A stretch of DNA of 64,000 nucleotides, taken from assembly GCF_964194025.1 (NCBI RefSeq), contig NC_134476.1:19220001-19284000 (forward strand). The letters are read 5' to 3'. A program made the position numbers and the translations under genes. This document shows, piece after piece, positions 12,613 through 25,000 of the stretch. Position 1 is the first letter of the stretch, and each line of letters begins with the position of its first letter. This DNA comes from Convolutriloba macropyga. Its lineage: Eukaryota. The notes under the pieces are model-generated. The model searched no databases. It had not been told where the DNA came from and saw only the letters and a program-made list of their open reading frames with translations.

Positions 12613-13560
12613 TCATATTGACAGTTTAATTATCAGTTTTAGTTTTTCAGCCTTAACCTTTTCTGCCTCGACAAGTCCAAATTTGTTGTATGCTCCCCGT
12701 GCCGCATCATTTGTCAGAATTTGATATGCCCAGTTGATGGTCTTGAAGAATTCTTCGTCTCCAACAGCATTAGTGTGGGTCAAAATGCTCGCTTTGTGAT
12801 AGTGTTTCTTAATCTGATCTTTTGATGCAGAACTTTTTACCATCAAAATCTCGTATAGCTTTGCAGGCCGGTTCATAAAGTTTTTGTTCCGAATCCGGGT
12901 TAAACATTTCTCCGTGGCGTTTGTTTTGGCCTTTTCGTTTCTGAGAGTACTCTTTTGATGATCAATGAGAGAATCTTTTTTTTCGGCATCCGTTGGCCAA
13001 ACACTGGTTGTAGTGTTCCAGCTGCTCAAGCTGTGACCTGAATTGGTCATTCATTTTATCCATATTTTCGATTGCTTCGCCCTTCTTAGCAGCTTTGACT
13101 TTCAAATCGGCCTACTCTTTCTTCAATAGCTCTATGGGTTGCTCCTGTTCAGCATTTGTGGCTGCTGCTGCCTTTAGATTATCTCGTAACGCCTCACACT
13201 CAGCGCTCCTTTTTACCAAAACTTCTTTTTTTGCATTTTTGTTCTTGTTGCAATAGTTATCCAGTTCCTGTCGAAGCTCGAGGAGGTCTTTTTGAAGTGA
13301 AGAATTAGTGCTCTTCAACTTTTCTAACTGTAGGCACTGGTTTTGTGGTTCCACTTCAGTTCTGCAGAGCACTCGACCGAATATTGGCTGGAGCCAGATG
13401 TTCTAGCGTAGATATTTGCCGATTCCGCGACAGACAAGATTTCACTCGATAGACTCCCGGGAAATCTCGGAAGAAATTTTCCACAATTCTGTCAAGTAGT
13501 ACGCATATTCACCAATCTGTGGAATCTCGTTACCCCTTTTATTGCATAAAAAACCCTTTT
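12613..13560 (-). pseudogene. Coiled-coil protein with a C-terminal DnaJ J-domain, carried inside the Gypsy element
   Basis: ORF 12613-13050 contains LYEILMVKSSASKDQIKKHYHKASILTHTN-AVGDEEFFKTINWAYQILTNDAARGAYNKFG, a canonical J-domain layout with HPD changed to HTN. The upstream coiled-coil ORF 13112-13372 joins it through a stop codon and a frameshift. Confidence 0.85.
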
Positions 13561-13630
13561 TGCTTCTAAAGTTTCTCGATATTTTCAATCTTCAAGTCAA
13601 GATTTTTAATTTTTTTCCTCTCTTTTTTTG

Positions 13631-13770
13631 GTCTCGAACTGGAGACGTTTCCGTTTTTTTAGTCTCGAACTCAAGACATTTTTTCCTTGGTCTCGAACTC
13701 AAGACAGTTTTTTTCGTCTCGAACTCGAGACGTTGTCCTTTCTTCATTTTTTTGGCCTTGAACTCAAGAC
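13631..13770. repeat. Five copies of the palindromic 16-mer GTCTCGA-AC-TCRAGAC separated by T-rich spacers
   Basis: Copies at 13631, 13662, 13690, 13716 (perfect inverted repeat) and 13755. Confidence 0.85.
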
Positions 13771-13899
13771 AACTCATTTTTCTTTTCTTTTCTTTTTTTC
13801 AACAACTGACACATTTAAGGACTTTTTTCTTCAACCATTTTCTTTTTTTCCTCAGTGTTCATTTATTAATTTGAGTAATTGATTATACATACGTGTTCC

Positions 13900-15624
13900 C
13901 GTTCTGGAGTGATTGTTGCCAAGACGCTCCATTAACAACTAATTTTAAATAGATGAAAAATTAAGGAAAATTGTTCACAAATTGAAAAATGATGTAGACT
14001 GTTAAGACTGACACAGCAATGTCCTTCGCTTTTAACCAAATGTATAAGTTTTCGGTTCTTAAATTCCGAAAAATTGTTGTTATTTCATCTGTTAGAAAAA
14101 ATTGTTGTTGGAACTGGTCGTTCCAATGAAAAAAGTTTTTATGACTGTGTTTTCCATTTGAATCTTGGAATGCTTCCCGACTGATAATTCTTTTACTATT
14201 ATGCGGAATTGTTCGAGCAATTTGACTCTGTTTTACCTCTGATGTGGAGAAAAGGCTGCGAAACAGGTTTTCATCACTTACATTTAAGTTACTATTCATC
14301 GACCACTGATATATCTCACGATTGATTTTCTTCAGCGTTTCTCCATATTGTTGAAAACTGCCGTCTTCTAATTTGACAACATTTGGGTACAGCGGGTTGC
14401 ATGCAGCGATTGTATAATTGTGATACAAATTTTTGTATTAGGGTCCAAATATCTAACAGAAGTAAAGTTCTGACCCTCTACTTACACAGGAACTTCTTCT
14501 GTGCCAAAAGGAGTTTTAGTTATTGTTGCTACCATCTTGGCACATTTATGAACATATAACACCGATCCTGCTCATTCGACGTGAGTTTTTGTCTCGAAGA
14601 GCGTAGCTGATGGACTAACAATGTTTTTTCATATTTCAATCATTGCTTGAATATTCAGTCGTTGAATCTCGCATTGGAGCGTTCTAATTTACATTATAAA
14701 TTTTCTCTCTCTTTGAGAAGTTCGAAAATAAAGGTGTCAACAACGCTTGAATTTTGCAGTGTCCTCCTTATTAAAGTGTTTGATCGTTTGGCATGTTTGC
14801 TCACCTTGATTTCCAATAAAATAGTTAACTAAGTCGTCTTCAAAGTTTGTGGTTTTGATTAAATTAGTTTTCGGAAACCTAGGGATCCTTAAAATTTAAT
14901 AAATTTCTTTGTAGCAGCTTCCCCCAAATATTTCCGATGTAAATTGTTGCATTTATTACCACAATTCTAGTAAGTTTTTCTCCTATAGGTGAAACTCTGC
15001 AGGCACTGCATACATATCGCTTTCGCGTCCATTTTTTTGAAATGAAGCTTTAACTAACCTTTTCGACATAAGTGGTTTCGCTGGCCTGTTTCCGTTACCA
15101 ACCTGTTGACTCTAAAGGTCCTATCTCCAAAACCTGTTCTGGCAAAACGTTTGTTCTGCCAAATGTTCCTACAAACTCCCTCATTTAAAGGGTATATTGA
15201 TTTTAGTCTTCAATTTTCTGTGAGAAAGACAACATCGTCATATACGTTGCTTTTTTAAAGTGCCGACACTGTATATGCCGCTTCATACATGCAAAGTTTT
15301 AGTTTTTATCAAAGGCTGAACCTCAACATACATCAAACTACCTTCTTCTTTTGTTTTCAATACTCGAATTTTTTTATCACAGTTTGTACTGCAATCTAGA
15401 GAATAGATCTTTGATGATACGATATTGTCAAAATCATTACCGTATAAGTTGATACAAGGAGAAGGAAAAACAAAAATTCCTAGTAATGCCAGATACAAGC
15501 ATAGTAATACTCCATCACACGACGCTCCGGCGAACTCGCCTTTCTTTTCGATTCCATTATTTCTTTCTGGATTTTCTTGAAACAAAAACATTATCAGTTT
15601 CCTGACTGCTGAAGTACTCTTCAT
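13900..15624 (-). pseudogene. env-like glycoprotein relic (chuvirus G / class III fusion protein-like)
   Basis: Hydrophobic signal (VLLCLYLALLGIFVF), Cys-rich ectodomain pieces (GVCRNIWQ, CKLER, AGSVLYVHKCAKMVATITKTPFGTEEVPV, YLDPNTKI-YHNYTIAACNPLYP) and a C-terminal TM (IAVSVLTVYIIFQFV). Lies between integrase and the 3' LTR. Family assignment is from recalled motif pattern, not a search. Confidence 0.72.
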
Positions 15625-16067
15625 CTTGCTCAGTATAGCAGATCATTAATTTCTCGGGCATCGATTTTAATCAGCTGCTCGATTTTGTAGCCATTTTTGA
15701 TGCCACGGGATCACTATTAATCCTTTCTTCAGTACTTTTTGTTTTACAACCAAATTTCTGTGGCTTCTTTTCTGGTTTTGGAATTTCTGTATCTGCTGCT
15801 TTTTTTCTAATGTACTCTGTAGGTTTTGAAGACGTTGCACCTCCTACCTCGGCAACATTTTTTGCCTTCTCTTGCCCTTTAGAGGTTTCTTGCTCTGATT
15901 CATTAACTTCACTCTCAGACGTGTCATCTGTAACATTTGGTGAATCGTTAGCATCCTCAGCTTCGGATTGATTTTCTGTGTTTAGATTGCATTCAATGTC
16001 TGTACATGATTCTATTTCAATTATATCATCATTGTCTGAGCTGTTCAAATCGGTTTTCTTCTGCTCC

Positions 16068-19000
16068 TTAACTGCTGTTTTTTCGTTTAGCCTCAGACTC
16101 AGGCTTCAATGGTTTTTCTGGTGTTTTATATTTTTTCAGCCGGTCATAATGTACCTTAGTTGCTTTCTTCGTCTTTTTATCTTTTACCTTGAAACTCAAA
16201 TCGTTTATAATTTTAACTATTATGTATGGTTCTCTATAGAAACAAGTAAATTTTCTTGTTTCTCCTTTTTTAACCGCTGGGTTGAAAACTAACATTTCTG
16301 CGCCAACTTCATAGCTCGGCCCATAGCTACTGCGATCATTATAGGCCCTCTGACGTTCTTGTTTGACATCCATATATTCTCGCATCAACTGATGCGTTTC
16401 ATGTATTTTCTGTTTCATTGTGAAAACATAGTCACTGGGTGTTGCTTATATTGCGGTCGGTGGTGTGCTATAGATGCAGTCTATAGGTAGCGACAGTAGA
16501 AAACCCAATACCACATACGCTGTGCTGTGTTTTGTTACACTATGGATTGAGAATCGATAGGCCATCATCGCTAATGGTAAAAATTTGGTCCACTCATGTT
16601 GATATTGGCCTATGTATTTGGAGAGACATTGTTCTATTGTCCAATTTGTTCTTTCAATCATCGCGTTCCCTTTTGGGTGGCAGGACGTTGTTGATGTCCT
16701 CTGAATTTCTAGTTCACTGCAAAGACTACGAAATAATTTCAATCTAAAGTTTGACCCTTTGTCACTGTGTAGGTTGACTGGACAGCCGAATCTGACTATC
16801 CAGTGTTAAACAAACGCTTTTGACACGGTTTTTGACCCCTGAATCGGTAAGGCTATGGCTTCGTACCACTTACTGAATTGATCACCGATAAGCAAAATGT
16901 ACTTTTTTCCTTGAGACTCGGGAAGTGCACGCACGGTATCAAGAGATACTTGCCAAAATGGATGACTAGGTTTCCATTTTGTGAGTGAATGCCGATACTT
17001 CTGATAAGTGCCTTTCCTTTTTAGGCACACGTAACATCTTTCTGTCCAGTTTCTTACGTCCCTTCTCATGCACGGCCAATGAAATTTTTAACAAGCCCTT
17101 TGGTATGTTTTCTCAATCTCAAGGTGACCTGCGCTAGGAGAGTCATGCAACAACTCAAGCACGTTGGACACTCTCTCCCATGGTACAAGCATTTGGTAAC
17201 AAAACTCAAAGTTTGGTTCTGTTTGGTGTTTACGATGAGACAAAGATTTGTATAATGAACCCAAAATTTCCATAAATTCTTTGATACTCCATTTTTCATT
17301 TGCCGTGGTTCCGGTCTTTTTGTTTAGTACCCAGGAGTATACTTCTTTTATTAGTTTGTCATTTTACCGCGAATCTCGCACTTTTACTCTCTCCATTTTG
17401 TCTAACGGCCAACCTCGACTACCATAATCGGTATTGTCTTGCTCTGCATCCATCGCAAAAGCGTTAACAAAAGCTGTTTGTTCATCGTCTTCTGTGTTTA
17501 TGCGCGACAGACAATCAGCTTGTGGGATTTTTTTGCCTGCTCTATGCTTGATGTCAAAGTTATTTTGCCCAAGTTTCTCTATCCATCTCGCAATCATACC
17601 GTCTGCTTCTTTAAAACTATAGATCCAGACAAGAGCCCGAAGTTCCGTTATAATTAGAAAGTGCTGACCAAGTAAATAGTTTTTAAAATGTTGAATAAAA
17701 TGAACGATTGCAAAAAATTCCCGCTTAGTGGCTGAATAATTTCGCTGGATTTTACTCAGAGTTTTCTAGCATATGCAATAGCTCTATCCTCCGTTACTTG
17801 CTTTTGGGTAAGAATTGCTCCAATTCCTGTCAATGAAGCATCCGTAAATAATGTATAAGGATCCCTATCTTTTGGATATCCTAAAACTGTCGCATCCAAA
17901 GGCTTATTTCTTTAGCTCGGATACCGCATTTTTGCACTCTGTACTCCGTTAAAATATATTGACTTATTCAGTAATTGCATTTTGATCCCTTAATCTTTAA
18001 TCCATTCTCCGCTAAACGTTGGAAAACCAGTTCTAACTGTTTCAGATGTTCGTCGAAAATTCTTCCGAAAACGATAACGCCATCTAGATACACTACAGCC
18101 ATTTCGTAGGATAGGCCAGCAAAAATTAACTCCATTAAGTTTTGAACAGCACCCGGAGCAGACCCTAGTCCCATAGGGAGTCTTTTTCACTTATACAGGC
18201 CTAGAGGCGTTATAAAAGCAGTTAAATTCTGACTCTCTTCCTCGATCGCCATCTGAAAAAATCCCGACCACAGATTTATATTCGAAAAGTACATGTTTCC
18301 CTCCAGTGAATCAAAAACCTCATTAATTCGTGGTAAAGCCTGTACGTTTTTTTATTTGGTTGTTCAGACCACGACAGAATGTACGTCTGAATGGCACAGC
18401 ATCCTTTTTTAATTTTATTTTATGATAAGTTCGGTCGCAAAATCCCATATCATTTCAATTTTGCGAAAAAATTACTTTATATTTTGTGCAAAGTGACCTC
18501 ATTTTTGTCATTTCCTCACAAGATAAGCTCATTGAACTAGCTTTCACATGCTTCTCAAATTCAAATTCATCTCTATGTTTTGTTTTAATGTCAGGGTCAT
18601 TTTGTTGTATTCTTTAAATTTTTTCATTGTTTTCCGCACTTGCGCATTTTTGTAAACTTTCTTTGGTTCTAGTGTAGGGCACAAAACTCGAACCCATACG
18701 ACATCATCAACTTTGTCATTCAGCAATCTCGCTATAAATAAATGTGATTTGTCTTCAAATTCTTTCATAGGTGCGAATATAATTTCTGTTTGCTGTGTTA
18801 GGTTAACTTCTTCATCGACAATTTTGCATTTAATGAAACCTTCGCAGCGACGAGATAATTCGTGATACACAGCAGCAATTAAAAGCAGATTCTTTTTACT
18901 TCGTTGCGATGGGGACAATTGTAATGTTTTCCCAATTGTCCCGCAAAAATATTCGTTTTTTGGGGTTTAAACTACAGTCAAAATTATATAAGAATTCGAT

Positions 19001-19284
19001 GCTCAATAACAAGGCGTTATATCATTTTTGGTCACTAGAAACTTAACCGTTAGCTCAGATGTGAATTTTTGAAGTTGGACCTGAATAGCTGTTGACACTT
19101 TCACAGGCATTTTTCCATTGTTGGCAGCTATTATATTTTTATTGCACACTCTGATCTGGCTCGGTTTTCCCAGTGGATGGTAGGGTGTGTCGCTTAAAAG
19201 ATTAACACCACTTCCACCATCAATTAAGGCCATTATCAGTTTGTCTTTTATCATTATTTTGGCAAACAAACGTGTTTCCACCAC
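16068..19284 (-). pseudogene. Gypsy pol (protease, RT, RNase H, integrase), fragmented
   Basis: PR LIDGGSGVNLL; RT MGLGSAPG...VYLDGVIVFG; RH ARWIEKLGQNNFDIKHRAGKKIPQADCLSR; IN HDSPSAGHL, C-x2-C, WQVSLD, GDQFSKW, HPKGNAMIERTN; GPY/F-like YREPYII. Confidence 0.93.
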
Positions 19285-19332
19285 GCAAAATTTTTACGTA
19301 GCGAGCTGAAAATGAAGCACCGCCATCTTCAG

Positions 19333-20400
19333 CTAGTTCTCATTTAAATAGGGGCAGTTTTGTTTCAAATGAATTGGACTCCCACATTCAAAACCATTCT
19401 TGCATTCCACAGATGCATGATTTTGCTGACCGCAACGGCAACATTTCTCTTTCTCAAAACACACCGCCTTCTGTGACTGCTCGACACGACCCTCGTGCGA
19501 CCGATCTCGGCTTCTGTTCTCGCCTCCTGGTGTTGGCAATCGCGCTCTACTGTCGTAATTGGTTCGTCTATTATCAGCGCTTCTGTTATAGCTATTATAA
19601 TTTCTATTTTTATCCGGTTTCTCTTGAACCACGCTCACTTCCACGCAGAATCTCTTTTGGCCTTGCTCCTTGCAATGGAAACTTTTGATTATCTTGCCTG
19701 TTAGATTGGTTAGTCTGCAGTGTTTGCACTAAATTGTTAATCGAGTTAACTAGCTGAGTGTTTTCACTTGACTGGATGGCAGAAACCCGCGACTGATTAT
19801 CTTCCTCCTCATTTCTCGTGACTGCTTCATTTTGTAGTGCTATTTCTGAAGCTTTGTCTAAAGTCATATCCGCGTCGCCCAAGTTCTTTCTCAGGTCGAG
19901 TCGCACCTGACTATTTTTTATGCCTTTGAGAAAGCTCTTAAAATGAGATATTTTCTTATCTCATGAGACGACTCAGGGTGCTCTTTCAAGTCTAAAGTTT
20001 GCAAATCAACGAGAAGATCTGTTAATTTTTCACCCAGCCGCTGGACTCTCCTAGCTTGCCTCCCTCGGAAAACAACAGGTTTCGCATTATAATGTTGTCT
20101 GAAAGCTTTTACGGTCTCATCATAGCTTTTCCTAGTGTCCTCCGAAAGTGCACGATAGAAATCAATAGCCGACTTTTGCATCCTTAACGCAAAATAATTC
20201 GGCCGTTCATCAAATTCGGTTTCGGCGCCGTTTACTTTTCCTTTTCTTTGCCACTTCTGAAGTTGTGAAAAGAGCTCAGAGTGTGTAACATAACTTTCGA
20301 AATCATTTGAACCCGTAAAAGCCTCCAGTAAAAGCGTTTTTGAGGAGTGCCACGCCGTCAGTGTTTTATTTAAAAGCTGCTGTTTTTCAAAGTATTTCAA
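19333..20400 (-). pseudogene. Gypsy gag (frameshifted) with two CCHC zinc knuckles
   Basis: ORF pieces 19918-20400, 19610-19906 and 19333-19644; EAFTGSNDFESYVTH gag motif; knuckles CCRCGQQNHASVEC and FECGSPIHLKQNC. Confidence 0.88.
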
Positions 20401-20831
20401 TAATCAAGTTAGAAACCCGAACTAGTTTTTGACACTCTAACTCAGCTGTTTTTGAATCTTATCGACCCTGTATTTTTTTTTGAAAAATTTCAAAAAACTT
20501 GAGGTTCAATGGTGTATTTTAAGTCAAATTATTTCGAATTCACATTCGCTTGATTTTGAACGCTATTTTATTACCGAAAAAACATGTACGAACCGATTTA
20601 CGATATTCGAAATTTTAGTGAGTACTCACTTAAAGTTTCGAAGATGGCAGTGTTCCTTGTCGAATTCCGACACTAGTTCAAAATTTATCTTTCGAATCGT
20701 GATATTAAGACGTCAGGCTCGTGTCGAAAATTGATTTTCAAACAAAAAAAATAGATTTCCATTGGAAATCAGTACAACGCTCAGTTTTATTGGGTGGTTG
20801 TTTTCTATCTACTTCTAATCTCTGTCGCCAC

Positions 20832-21270
20832 TATAGTAGCCACCCCTGCTCAATACTCTATGTCTTTGGCTAATTGAGCGTGGTACTTGGTTAAAATGCA
20901 AAATTAGAAATTAAGTTGTTAAATAGATTAAGGTGAAGAAAAGTTGGTTTATATAGATTAAGATTTATTAATGTGGCTAGCTCTGATGGTAAGTTTGGTG
21001 ATCAATGAATGAATTTATTCCTCGCTTTGGTTAATACCCAATATCGGTTCTATCATCGTGGTAAATTATCCAAGTCAACAAAGATATGTCAGTTTCGTTG
21101 GGTTCGCTCGAAGCCCGAGTTTTGTCTAATTACAGGTGTATTTTCTTTTCTGACACCTATCAACTTTGTGTCAGCAATCAATCAGGTAGAAAACCAAGTT
21201 TTCAACTAAATCTTTAACCTTGAAACCCAAGGTTTTTAGTACAATTTTTTTTACACGTGTGACACTCACA
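20832..21270 (-). repeat. 5' LTR of the Gypsy element
   Basis: Begins TGTGAGTGTCAC on the minus strand, aligns by eye along its length with 12062-12502, and is followed by the PBS (plus-strand ctctgtcgcca at ~20820-20830). Confidence 0.93.
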
Positions 21271-22049
21271 TTCCTCCCAGATAATTATTGTTTTTCTATT
21301 GAAATTGGAGCTAACTTTATTTGTTTTCATCAAAACTTATAGTAAATTTGTTCCAACAGAGATACATTTTCAAAAATTTAATGTAAAGAACAAAACAAAA
21401 AATTTCTACCTCTAGACTCTTTCTTTCCTTTATTTTGAACATATTTGTTTACATTCTATGTTAAAAAACGACTTATTGCTTCGAAAATTGTTTGACAAGG
21501 GTTCGCAAAAAATGCCCACTTAGCTGTGCGTGGCGAGAGAACAGATCTATCATCATTCCCCTTAAAATACTGAACTAGGGCTTCCAATTGAGAATACAGA
21601 ATTGTGAACGAATACTGATAGCCACTTAACTAGTTTAAAATCTGAGAAATGAAAAAAAAATTGGGAAAAAACTCCATTTGACATAAAAATTTCAATTTTT
21701 ACCGAAGGTTTTTTTGTCGTTTTTCTAAAAACTGAAGCAGTACAAAACTGCAATTTGTTTTGCTTTGGATCTAGCAAGCAATTAACACTCCAGATTTAAA
21801 ACTGTCTTGCAAACACTGAACAACACTATGTTTTGATTTTGCTACATCAAAAACAAGGTTGGTATTAAAGTAATACAACAAATTATATTCATCAGTGTGC
21901 GATAGACACAAAACATCGCTGGGAATTGAACTCCCTTGTGACATGACAAGTCCTGACCCTGTGCTACGGTGCGACAAAAGGGAGGAAAATTTTAAGTCAC
22001 TTCATTGGGTGGATATGATTATCCCACTTGCCGTTCTATGGGAAGGCTC

Positions 22050-25000
22050 AAAAGAGGATTAACTGGCAGAGAAAATTGTCAGACATTATTGATCAATTTG
22101 TACTGTATGATGCAAAAAGTGTAATGTATGTTATCAAATTGAAAAACCAATGATCCAACTTCTCTATTTGTTACTTGGAACAGAAGGTCGCAGAATTTTT
22201 GTTCCGAGAATCCTCGCAGAAACTGATCAGCTTACAAGTTGTGAAATTTGGATTCTAACGGAAACTGAATTTTTTAAGACCACTAACTAATACTTTTGAC
22301 CGACATGTCTTCATTGCAACGAAAACTTCCGTGATTAATCAATTGAACGTTCTTAATGTAAACTTAGAGAGCCAATCGTTAACTTGGAAGGGAAGAGGAA
22401 ACTTTAATACGTCTCTGTTACGATATGCACTCATGCTAGTATTTTGTATGTCGAGACCCAGAAGAATTTATTTCGTGAAACGGTTGACCCACACAGCGCA
22501 TTAAAGATTTCCATCAATATTGATCTGATCACAGTTTGTACGAAGTAGGCAATGAAATTATTTGTGTTCCAATTCAGAGACTTCTACGATCTTTTCCATC
22601 TTTACTAGAATCAACAATTCAAAAATCATCAGCATAATGTAACAACGTAACTTCATTGTCAAAGCTGTTTAAAGATAGCTTAGATATGAAATAAGAGATG
22701 ACACTAAATATTGCACTAAACTAATTAAGTGGGAAATCAGCAATTCGTTGGCCGCAAAGTACTCCCCTATGTCAGAATCTGCCGACACAAAATTATCCAT
22801 TCTAAACGCTATTGCCACCTTTTCACGCTTTCAGCTCTGTTGTTTGCTTTTTTTTAATACTCCTGAGATCCTGTGACCATTAAAACCTATGATAAATCGG
22901 ATATATGATGAAAATTGCTACGAATTTAAATCAAACTACGGTACCTTAGAAATAAAACACTTACAATTTTTCAAAAAAATTATTTTTTCCTAGCAGATAG
23001 TTATTGTTTTTATGTTGAAGTGGAAACAACTTTAATTATTTTTATTAAACAAAACAGTATATTGAATAAGAGATGATAATAGTATTTGTATTAATAGGAT
23101 TTGATTAAATTTTTTAACAAAGCAGTGAATTAGCGTTTTGTACGCCGCAACTGATTTTTTAACGTCAGTACTGTGTGGCGCAAAACTATGGAATCAAATT
23201 AAAAAACGGATGATCATACTTCTTTATTTGTTGATTGAAAAATAAAGGTGAAGAACTTTTTCTATCGTGAATCCTCACATATATTGATGAATTTACATGT
23301 CGTGAAAACTAGATTCTAATGGAAACTGAGTTTTTTAGACCAATAACTAATACTTTTGACCGACTTGTCTTCATTGCAACAAAGAGTTCCTTGATGAATC
23401 AATTGAACGTTCTTAATATAAATTTAGAGAGCCAATCGTTAATTTGGAATGGAAGAGGAAACTTTAATACGTCTTCGTTGCGATACGCACTGGTTGCTAA
23501 TATTTTGGATATTGAGACACAGAAGCATTTATTTCGTGAAACGGTTGACCCACACTGCGCATTAAACATTTCCATCAATTTTGATATGATCACAGTTTGT
23601 ACGAAGTAGGTGCTGAAATTATTTGTGTTCCAAATCAAGGTCTTCTACGATCTTTTCCATCTTTACTAGAATCAACAATTCAAAAATTATCAGCATAATG
23701 TAACAACGTAACTTCATTGTTAAAAGCTGTTTAAAGATAGCTTAGATATGAAATAAGAGATGACAATAAATATTGCACTAAACTAACTCAGTGGGAAATA
23801 AGCAACTCGTTGGCCGCAAAGTACTCCTCAATGGCAGAATCTGCAGACACAAAATTATCCATTCTAAATGCTATCATTCCCTGTTCACGCTTTCAGCTCT
23901 GTTGTTTGCTTTTTTAAAATAATTCTGAGATCCTGTGACCATTTAAACTTATGGCAAATTCGATATATGATGAAAATTGTTACGAATTTATATCAAACTA
24001 CGGTACCTTAAAATTAAAACATTTACAATTGTTCAAAAAATCCTCTTTTCCTAGCAGATAGTTATTGTTTTTATGTTGAAGTGGAAACGGCTTTAATTAT
24101 TTTTATTAAAAAATACAGTAAATTGAATAAGAGATGATAATAGTATTTGTAATAAATTTTTTAACAAAGCAGTGAATTAGCGTTTTGTACGCCGCAACTG
24201 ATTTTTTAACGTCAGTACTGTGTGGCGCAAAACAATGGAATCAAATTAAAAAACGGATGATCCTACTTCTTTTTTTGTCGATTGAAAAATAAAGGTGCAG
24301 AATTTTTTTAGCGTGAATCCTCACATATTTTGATCAATTTACATGTCGTGAAATTTAGATTCTAATGCAAACTGAATTTTTCTAGACCACTAACTAATAC
24401 TTTTGACCGAAATGTCTTCATTGCAACAAAATGTTCCGTGATGAATCAATTCAACGTTCTTAATGTAAACTTAGAGAGCCAATCGTTTATTTGGAATGGA
24501 AGAGGAAACTTTAATACGTCTCTGCTGCACACTAAAAAAAGTTCAGGTAAATTTACCTGAACCAAGTTCAGGTAACTAGAAGTTCAGGTGAAGTTCAGGT
24601 GTAAAAGCACCTGAAATACACCTGAACTGATTTTCAGGTAAATTTTCACCTGAACAAGTTCAGGTGTGGTTACCTGAAAATAACTTTCATTGCATTCGGC
24701 AGTGAAAAAACAAAAATTCAGCAGAAACTAAAACACAACACAAATACAAACTTTAGGAGTTGCCTGAAAAATTCAGGTAGAATTCAGGTAAAAACACCTG
24801 AAAAAGAATTTTTGCCTGAACTGTTCAGGCATTTTTTTCAGGTGTTTTTCAGGCATGTTCAGGTAAAAGTTCAGCCAGTGATGCCTGAATTTTTCAGGTG
24901 AATTTCAGGTAAATTTCAGGTGCTTTCAGGTGTTGTTCAGGTGAGAACAATTTGCCTGAACGATTCAGGTAAATTCAGGTGTTTTTTCAGGTAACTTTAC

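Larger units (their letters stand above)
12062..21270 (-). mobile_element. Full-length decayed Gypsy/Ty3 LTR retrotransposon with env-like and J-domain ORFs
   Basis: Direct ~440-bp LTRs at 12062-12502 and 20832-21270. TSD ttcc at 12058-12061 and 21271-21274. PBS TGGCGACAGAG next to the 5' LTR and a purine-rich PPT next to the 3' LTR. Domain order gag-PR-RT-RH-IN is Gypsy-type. Confidence 0.95.

Noticed and set aside
13631-13770. CRISPR-like repeat-spacer appearance
   Set aside because: Eukaryotic locus; repeats are only 16 bp, spacers are short low-complexity T-tracts, and there are no cas genes.
13542-13882. Phe-rich plus-strand ORFs
   Set aside because: Antisense reading of A-rich repeat sequence inside the retrotransposon.
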